From Eledone cirrhosa (taxonomy: Eukaryota), in contig OZ024741.1 of NCBI GenBank assembly GCA_964016885.1, forward strand, positions 405,542,001 to 405,606,000: a stretch of 64,000 nucleotides of DNA, read 5' to 3'. Numbering within the stretch: position 1 is the stretch's first letter; each line of letters starts with the position of its first letter. The position numbers and the translations under genes were made by a program. The notes beneath the pieces are model-generated. The model was not told the DNA's origin, did not search any database, and saw nothing but the letters and a program-made list of their open reading frames with translations. Positions 57,864 to 64,000 of this stretch are shown piece after piece.

Positions 57864-59382
57864 CGACGAATCAATTGTACGGAATAAAAGCAGCTACAAC
57901 CCAACAAAAGGTAGAAACAGAGTTCTGGACAAATTTTGTGACCACATAGCTACCTTCCCATACCATGAACTACCGCAACCTAAACCCAAACCCAACACAA
58001 GTCGAAGGGAATGGGAGATTATCCATGAACTAAAAAACAATACGGACATTGTAATTAAGGAAGCGGACAAGGGAAGTACTGTTGTCATTATGGAGGCTGA
58101 AAAATATAAAAATTCTATGTTCTCTCTCTTACAAAATACTAATTACTATGAAAGAGTAAAAAACTACCAGCAATCAAAAATAATGACCAAATTAAACACA
58201 CTGATTTATCGATACCAGGAAGACCTAACTAAAAAGGAACGCGATTATTTAACAAATTTTGAATACAAAACCAGCAACCTTTACGGACTTCCGAAGATCC
58301 ACAAATGTAAAATAATCAACGATGCCTGTAAACAATCCACCTCAGCATGCGTGAACACACAATACCCCACAGACCTTAAATTAAGACCAATTGTAGCGGG
58401 CCCACAATGTGAAACACACAGATTGAGCAACTTTATAGACATACTACTGAAACCAATACTGAAACACATACCAAGCCTTGTAAGAGACGATCTGGACCTC
58501 TTAAACCACCTCCCCAAACATGTCAACAACGACACTATTATTGTGTCTTTCGATGTAGTGAATCTCTACACAACGATTCCACACCAATACGGACTAGAAG
58601 CAATAGGATTCTGGCTAGAGAAATATCCCAATGAGATACCTGACAGAATAGAAAAAAGCTTCATCACCGAGGGATTAAAATTCATCCTACAGAACAACTT
58701 TTTTGATTTCGATGGCAGTACTTACAAGCAAATATCGGGGACTGCGATGGGTACAAAAGCCGCTCCAACTTATGCCAACTTAGTCATGGCATACTTAGAA
58801 GTCCTGATATATGAACAGTCCAAATCAAAATACGGATTGAACTTCCACAAATATTTATCAGAGAATTGGAAACGCTACTTGGATGATTGCCTCATTCTTT
58901 GGTCCCACACACTCGACCAACTGAAGGATTTCAAAAACTTAATAAACGGCATCAATAACCACATCCAATTCACAATGGAATACAGCCAAGATCAACTCCC
59001 ATTTCTGGACATCTTAATCACAAAAAAAGACACAAATATCGAAACTGACATACACTACAAACCAACAGATTCCAAACAATATCTGCTATTCACCTCCAAC
59101 CATCCAAAGCACACGAAGACGAACATTCCTTTTAACCTAGCAAGAAGAATTTGCACAATTGTCTCCAATTATGAAACGCGAAATAAAAGACTTCAAGAAT
59201 TAAAGGAAATTCTTCTCGGGAGAGAGTACCCACTATTACTAATAAATAATGGAATAGAAAGGGCTAAAGCAATAGGCATTGATGAATTACGGAAACAGAA
59301 ACAAATTCAAGGTACGTCCAATATCATATATCTCAACACACAACCCAAGAAATGCGGAAGCTTACAACACTATTCACAATAA
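57841..59382 (+). CDS. PLE reverse transcriptase (5'-truncated; frameshifts into the endonuclease frame near 59320-59330)
   Basis: PLE/RT motifs KEADKG, LYGLPKIHK, LRPIV, SFDVVNLYTTIPH, GTAMGTKAAPTYANL, WKRYLDD, LPFLD, YKPTD. The first ~8 codons and the TTG start lie inside the inverted repeat, so they are not the native N-terminus. Confidence 0.93.
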
Positions 59383-59926
59383 CATCCCACTACTAAAACA
59401 AAACCCAAGAATGAAAAAAGCCCTTGAAACACACAAAATATTCAAAAGCAAAAGACAACCAAAATCACTGAAAACATTACTCACCAATGCCAAATTACCT
59501 ACCACAAACCCACAACCAAGTATCAAAAAATGTGGTCGCTCTAATTGTGGAACCTGCACTCACCTCATTGAAGGCAACACGTATACATTTAAATCAGGAC
59601 AAAATTTTACTGTAAAAAATCACTTCACTTGCTCATCAAAAAATCTACTTTATGCCATTAAATGTAAAGGATGCAATGAAGATTATATAGGACAAACTAA
59701 ACTCACACTCAGAAACAGAATGACAGTTCATCGCCAACAATTACGAGATCCAACCACGAGACAGATACCACTAAGTGCACATCTAGACATTTGCGCAAGT
59801 AATAAGACACCCAAATTCCAAGTCTTCCCATTTTACCTTTGCGCTAACAATACAACAGAACAAATGCGAATAAATAAGGAAAATATGTTTATTCAAAAAT
59901 ATAGACCAACATTAAATAAGGTTTAA
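59279..59926 (+). CDS. PLE linker plus GIY-YIG endonuclease (C-terminal part of the same frameshifted polyprotein)
   Basis: YISTHNP linker start, Cys motif CGRSNCGTC, FTCSSKNLLYAIKCKGCNEDYIGQT (LLY...YIG with internal CxxC), RMTVH, and terminal KENMFIQKYRPTLN. Confidence 0.9.
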   Translation: MMNYGNRNKFKVRPISYISTHNPRNAEAYNTIHNNIPLLKQNPRMKKALETHKIFKSKRQPKSLKTLLTNAKLPTTNPQPSIKKCGRSNCGTCTHLIEGNTYTFKSGQNFTVKNHFTCSSKNLLYAIKCKGCNEDYIGQTKLTLRNRMTVHRQQLRDPTTRQIPLSAHLDICASNKTPKFQVFPFYLCANNTTEQMRINKENMFIQKYRPTLNKV

Positions 59927-60096
59927 TATACATTATGTCAACACCACAATATGACATACACACACACACACACACATAACACCTTCTACTTTAGAAAATA
60001 AAAACCCGAACTAAATAAACCTTAACATACGTTTGCACTGGCAATACAACAGCAAACACGAATAAGTAAGGAAAATATGTTTATTCAAAAATATTC

Positions 60097-60420
60097 CTAC
60101 TAAAGGAATCACTTTCCTACACACACACATACACACACACACAATATATATATATATATATTCTCTTCATCTTAACGTGCTAACCATACTCCCACACACA
60201 TAACACCCATACACACACATAACAACCCCCACACCTACAACTCCCTCCCCATTTCTACTAATAGAACCACTTTCCTACACACATATATATATACACACAC
60301 ACAAAATATATATTCTCTCCATCTTAACATACTCGCACACACACACATAACACCCATATACACACACACACACAACTCCCTCCCCCATCTCTACTAATAG
60401 AATCATCTTCCAATACACAC
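60097..60420 (+). repeat. Diverged tandem duplication (~135-160-bp unit, about 2.2 copies) in the PLE 3' UTR
   Basis: Anchor CTACTAA(A/T)(G/A)GAA(T/C)CA recurs at about 60097, 60255 and 60391, with shared TAACACCCATA and ACAACTCCCTCCCC blocks. Confidence 0.8.
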
Positions 60421-60918
60421 ATATAAACATACATATCTTCACTTCAATAGAAAATCTGAACTCTGACACCCCGGCGAGCTGGCCATATTCACTGAACCAG
60501 AACATTTCTCCCAATCCCTTTTCTCTTGACCACTATCTCTCCATTGTCATAACATTCACTATAAAGACTACAGAATAGTTTTCCAAATAAGGGCGCAAAA
60601 ATGTAATGAAAACTTGTTCACGTGACAGCCAAATTTCATTTATAACCAACCAAAAAAAGCCTTCGTGAGCCTCCTTTTTTCAAGTAAAAAGAAATTCAAA
60701 CACTCATATATGAAAAAACAACCTGCGACAACCCCCCTCTCTTATTTGAAGAACTATTGTAACGCGAACTGGCGCGAAATTTATTATAATTATTGACAAA
60801 CCAATCAAATTACTTCTCGAAAAACCTGGCATTTCGAGCCACTTTTTCCATATAAAACAAGTAACATTCAGAGACCAACCAGATGTGAGAAAAACCACAG
60901 ACCCTCCATCTCAACTCA

Positions 60919-60956
60919 CCTTTTGAAAAGCAGAAGAACTGCGAAACCGGTAAAGG
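60919..60956 (+). ncRNA. Minimal type I hammerhead ribozyme motif, U3-A8 core variant
   Basis: CCTT (stem I) TTGAAAA (core, in place of CUGANGA) GCAG-AAGAA-CTGC (stem II) GAAA CCGG TA (palindromic stem III, GUA site) AAGG (stem I'). It lies in a PLE pLTR, where such motifs are known. Confidence 0.82.
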
Positions 60957-60961
60957 AACCA

Positions 60962-60967
60962 AATAAA
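60962..60967 (+). promoter_or_regulatory. Candidate polyadenylation signal AATAAA of the PLE
   Basis: AATAAA 5 nt after the hammerhead. The context is AT-rich, so chance occurrence is possible. Confidence 0.45.
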
Positions 60968-61087
60968 TATATATATTTAAAAAAAAAATAAGACTCCAGT
61001 TGCATTTTCGATTTCATCTCTTTTTCTTTATACTTTCACTCGTGTAGGACACCTCGGTTATTTTTCATTTTGTAAAAAAAACCTCAC

Positions 61088-61093
<6 letters not shown>

Positions 61094-61178
<85 letters not shown>

Positions 61179-61185
61179 CAAGTAT

Positions 61186-61221
<36 letters not shown>
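61094..61221. repeat. (TA)n microsatellites, right flank of the PLE
   Basis: Direct reading; two runs separated by CCCAAGTATAACA. Confidence 0.95.
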
Positions 61222-61223
<2 letters not shown>

Positions 61224-61402
61224 GTAAGTATAAGTATGTATATATAAATGTAAGTAAGTGCCATACTAAGAGTGAGAAATGAAATTTCGTTTTCATTTTT
61301 TTTTCAACTTATATATATATATATATATATTGAAAGCCTGAGCTAATAAAATCAATGCCATGATGCAGTTCCCAGTTTAGATCAGTATAATATATATAGA
61401 TA

Positions 61403-61510
61403 GATGACGAATTGGCAAAGTCGTTAGAGCGCCGGACAGAAAACTTGCCTTTCATCCTTTCCAAGTTGATAAAAAAGTATTAGTCTAGTACGAGGATCGA
61501 TTCGTCGTCT
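61403..61510 (+). mobile_element. Degenerate, internally deleted tRNA-derived SINE
   Basis: A-box-like TGGCAAAGTCGTTAG followed directly by TTGCCTTTCATCCTTTCC...GATAAAAAAGTA, homologous to the SINE body at 63253-63295; the B box is missing. Confidence 0.6.
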
Positions 61511-61536
61511 ATATCTCTCGTTCATTCCCTCTCTAG

Positions 61537-61544
<8 letters not shown>

Positions 61545-61574
<30 letters not shown>

Positions 61575-61596
61575 TCTCTCTCTCTCTCTTTCTCTC
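61545..61596 (+). repeat. (CT)n microsatellite
   Basis: Direct reading. Confidence 0.93.
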
Positions 61597-61607
61597 AGAC
61601 TCATAGT

Positions 61608-61868
61608 TTCTACATTGGAACGAATGGTGTCAAAGGTTCACATAGCATATCTTTTAATGATGATTTGTACAGATACGTACGGTTTCCATCGTGTAGATTA
61701 CGTTTTTGTTGAAAAGACCTGAAATACTTTTACGGCCTTTGCCATGCTGAGTTCAAATCCCGTCGAGGTCAACTTTGCCTTTCATCGTTACAGGGTCGAT
61801 AAAATAAAGTACCAGTAATATACTGGTGAATTGCTGGCCTTGTGCCAAAAGTAGAAACAATTATTGTA
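61608..61868 (+). repeat. Left arm of a ~260-bp inverted repeat; includes a headless SINE body (61747-61870)
   Basis: Imperfect reverse complement of 62892-63157; B box GAGTTCAAATCCC and GCCTTTCATC...GGGTCGATAAAATAAAGTACCAG. Confidence 0.88.
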
Positions 61869-62156
61869 TAGTAGCATTAAAGCCCGGCGTTGCTCGGGGT
61901 CATTAAGTTACCAAAGTTAGGTTGCACCACCCATTTTATGGCAGCACTTTTTTGTCTGCCAGGCACTGGGTGAATGAATTGCAGACCTGGAAGCATGAGC
62001 TGCGCCAGCATTAACAATTGTAGTTTCGCCTATGGATATTATCTCTGTGCAAAAAAGTGTTGAAATTTATTGTTTCACAGTACTTGCGCAACACGCGCGT
62101 AGACGATGCCAGCCGAACAACAGAGCTGCGATGGAGTTGTTCTGCATGGTTGTCTG

Positions 62157-62484
62157 TGTGTTTTCTAAATTTAAGACAGTAGGGAGGGTTGTGATATGAG
62201 GGAGAGTTAGCTGTTGTTTCTAGCAGGTTTAGTGACCTCATAGAGGATATGTGTTTTCTAAATTTAAGACAGTAGGGAGTGGTGTGATATGGGGGAGAGT
62301 TAGCTGCTGTTTCTAGCAGGTTTAGTAACCTCATAGAGGATATGTGTTTTCTAAATTTAAGACAGTAGGGAGTGGTGTGAGGAGGGATGTGATATGGGGG
62401 AGAGTTAGCTGCTGTTTCTAGCAGGTTTAGTAACCTCATAGAGGATATGTGTTTTCTAAATTTAAGACAGTAGGGAGTGGTGTG
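62157..62484 (+). repeat. 93-bp tandem repeat (about 3.3 copies, third unit 105 bp) inside the Helitron
   Basis: TTTTCTAAATTTAAGACAGTAGGGAG at 62161, 62254, 62347 and 62452. Confidence 0.93.
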
Positions 62485-62486
62485 AA

Positions 62487-62710
62487 CGGACAGTATCACC
62501 ATCAAGCTTGGAAAGAGAAAGTAGCAGAAAGTATGAAGTTGTATAGATTTTGAATGGTAGTAGAAAGAGTTCAGCAGTTTAAATGACAGAGAAAAATCGG
62601 ACAGTATCACCATCAAGCTTGGAAAGAGAAAGTAGCAGAAAGTATGAAGTTGTATAGATTTTGAATGGTAGTGGAAAGAGTTTAGCAGTTTAAATGACAG
62701 AGAAAAATCG
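62487..62710 (+). repeat. 111-bp tandem duplication inside the Helitron
   Basis: CGGACAGTATCACCATCAAGCTTGG at 62487 and 62598; near-identical units. Confidence 0.93.
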
Positions 62711-62891
62711 TAAAATATTGAGTTTTATCTATTTTTTGCGTAATTGTGGGTGAAATTGAAAAAATTATCTGCGTCAAGACGCAATCGAAACTATATCGAG
62801 TACTGAATGGTAAATTTCAATTGAAGAAATTCAGATTTCTATAACGAAGGAGCTTGACCACACACTGAGCTTTATAGATTATGATACTTTC

Positions 62892-63157
62892 TACAATAAT
62901 TGTTTCTATTTTTAGGCACAAGGCCAGCAAAACCCAGTACATTACTGGTACTTTATTTTATCGACCCCATAAGGATGAAAGGCAAAGTTAACCTTGGCGG
63001 GATTTGAACTCAGATCATACATTCTACAATAATGAAAGTATTTCAGGTCTTTTCAACATAAACGTAATCTGCACGATGGAAAACATACGTATTTGTACAA
63101 ATTATCATTAAAAGATATGCTATGTGGATCTTTGACAACATTTGTTCCAATGTAGAA
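62892..63157 (-). repeat. Right arm of the inverted repeat; includes a headless SINE body (62892-63018)
   Basis: Reverse complement of 61608-61868; its SINE part is also the near-perfect reverse complement of 63221-63348. Confidence 0.88.
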
Positions 63158-63350
63158 TGGATTGGCAGTATCGGTAGAGGGTCGGACGCCATGCTTTGTC
63201 AACATAGAGTTACGTCCCTTTATGATCTGAGTTCAAATCCCGCCAAGGTTAACTTTGCCTTTCATCCTTACGGGGTCGATAAAATAAAGTACCAGTAATG
63301 TACTGGTTAATTGCTGGCCTTGTGCCAAAAGTAGAAATAGTTATTGTATA
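63158..63350 (+). mobile_element. tRNA-derived SINE with a V-domain-like central body
   Basis: A box TGGCAGTATCGGTAG and B box GAGTTCAAATCCC, then GCCTTTCATCCTTACGGGGTCGATAAAATAAAGTACCAG, which resembles the V-SINE conserved domain as I recall it (family assignment unverified). Confidence 0.75.
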
Positions 63351-63493
63351 TACTTCTGTTCTCCAGTTCGTTGATGCTTTCATCCAGACATACACTTGAC
63401 CTGCTAGAAAAGGCAGCTAAGCCAAATTCCCGCAAATCATAAACAACAATTTTATTAATAAATATCTCTCTCTCTCACACACACACACACATA

Positions 63494-63575
63494 CGTGGGT
63501 CGGCTGAAAAGTTCATAGGCTGACCAAGATACTCTCATGGAATGACCAAATGAGATTTATTTTTCAACATAGTCC
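63494..63575 (+). mobile_element. Tc1/mariner-like terminal fragment
   Basis: TA|CGTGGGTCGGCTGAAAAGTTCATAGGCTGA resembles mariner TIRs (TA|CGAGGG...AAAAGT), with TATTTTTCAACATAGTC downstream. No partner TIR or transposase is in the window. Confidence 0.6.
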
Positions 63576-63682
63576 TTAGAAAGAAACAATGTAGTTATTA
63601 ATAAGAGTTGACATTATTGCATGAATATTTCACAGCTCTAGCATCACTAACGAAACTATTGATTTCTATGGTAAAATACCTT

Positions 63683-63812
<130 letters not shown>

Positions 63813-64000
63813 ATTATGAAGAGAGCAGAAACATTAGATATAATTAATAATAAGATGTATCATACCTAAACTGCTTCTAAATTCCTCGACTACGTAGTTT
63901 CGTGGCATAATCAAAAACAATACATCACAGAGATATTCATGTATATGTATGTGTCCGCATGTATCTGTGTGTTTCTCTATATACTGTATATATATATATA

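Larger units (their letters stand above)
60677..61031 (+). repeat. 3' pseudo-LTR of the PLE (portion shared with the inverted copy)
   Basis: Inverted partner of 57502-57863; contains the hammerhead and AATAAA. Confidence 0.95.
61871..62884 (-). mobile_element. Non-autonomous Helitron
   Basis: The minus strand begins A|TCATAATCTATAAAG and ends with hairpin CCCGAGCAACGCCGGG, 8 nt, then CTAC|T (one base off the canonical CTAG|T). There is no TSD. Removing it restores TTATTGTATA-TACTT, identical to the uninterrupted SINE tail at 63341-63355. Confidence 0.8.

Noticed and set aside
57894-59559. Minus-strand ORFs at 57894-58088, 58281-58535 and 59374-59559
   Set aside because: Antisense shadows of the RT/endonuclease coding region.
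62936-62954. GTACATTAC(T)GGTAC in the SINE resembles the satellite monomer, suggesting a template or origin
   Set aside because: The exact match is only about 9-10 bp, which is expected by chance in 8 kb of AT-rich DNA across all monomer phases.
63390-63440. CTTGACCTGCTAGAAAAGGCAGC, possibly a fragment of another interspersed repeat
   Set aside because: Too short, and with no second copy in the window to support a call.

Overview
Eukaryotic, repeat-dominated window with no host gene. The SINE family present resembles repeats I recall from octopus genomes, so a cephalopod source is an inference only. Bases 1-56095 are one uninterrupted satellite of 14/15-bp monomers (mainly GGTACATTACAGTA and GGTACATTAGGTTA). 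It is built from TA-initiated 4-5 bp modules, contains TTAGGTTAGG, and is arranged as a mosaic of multi-kb internal duplications. The last 8 kb is a cluster of mobile elements sitting in microsatellites: (i) a ~600-bp bipartite RTE-derived non-autonomous retroelement with a highly structured 5' end; (ii) a 5'-truncated, frameshifted Penelope-like element (RT + GIY-YIG, Neptune-type Cys linker) flanked by ~360-bp inverted pseudo-LTRs, each carrying a minimal hammerhead ribozyme with a U3-A8 core variant; (iii) a SINE-containing foldback with a non-autonomous Helitron inserted at its apex; (iv) further SINE copies and a mariner-like end. All calls are by eye; no alignment, folding or database search was run.
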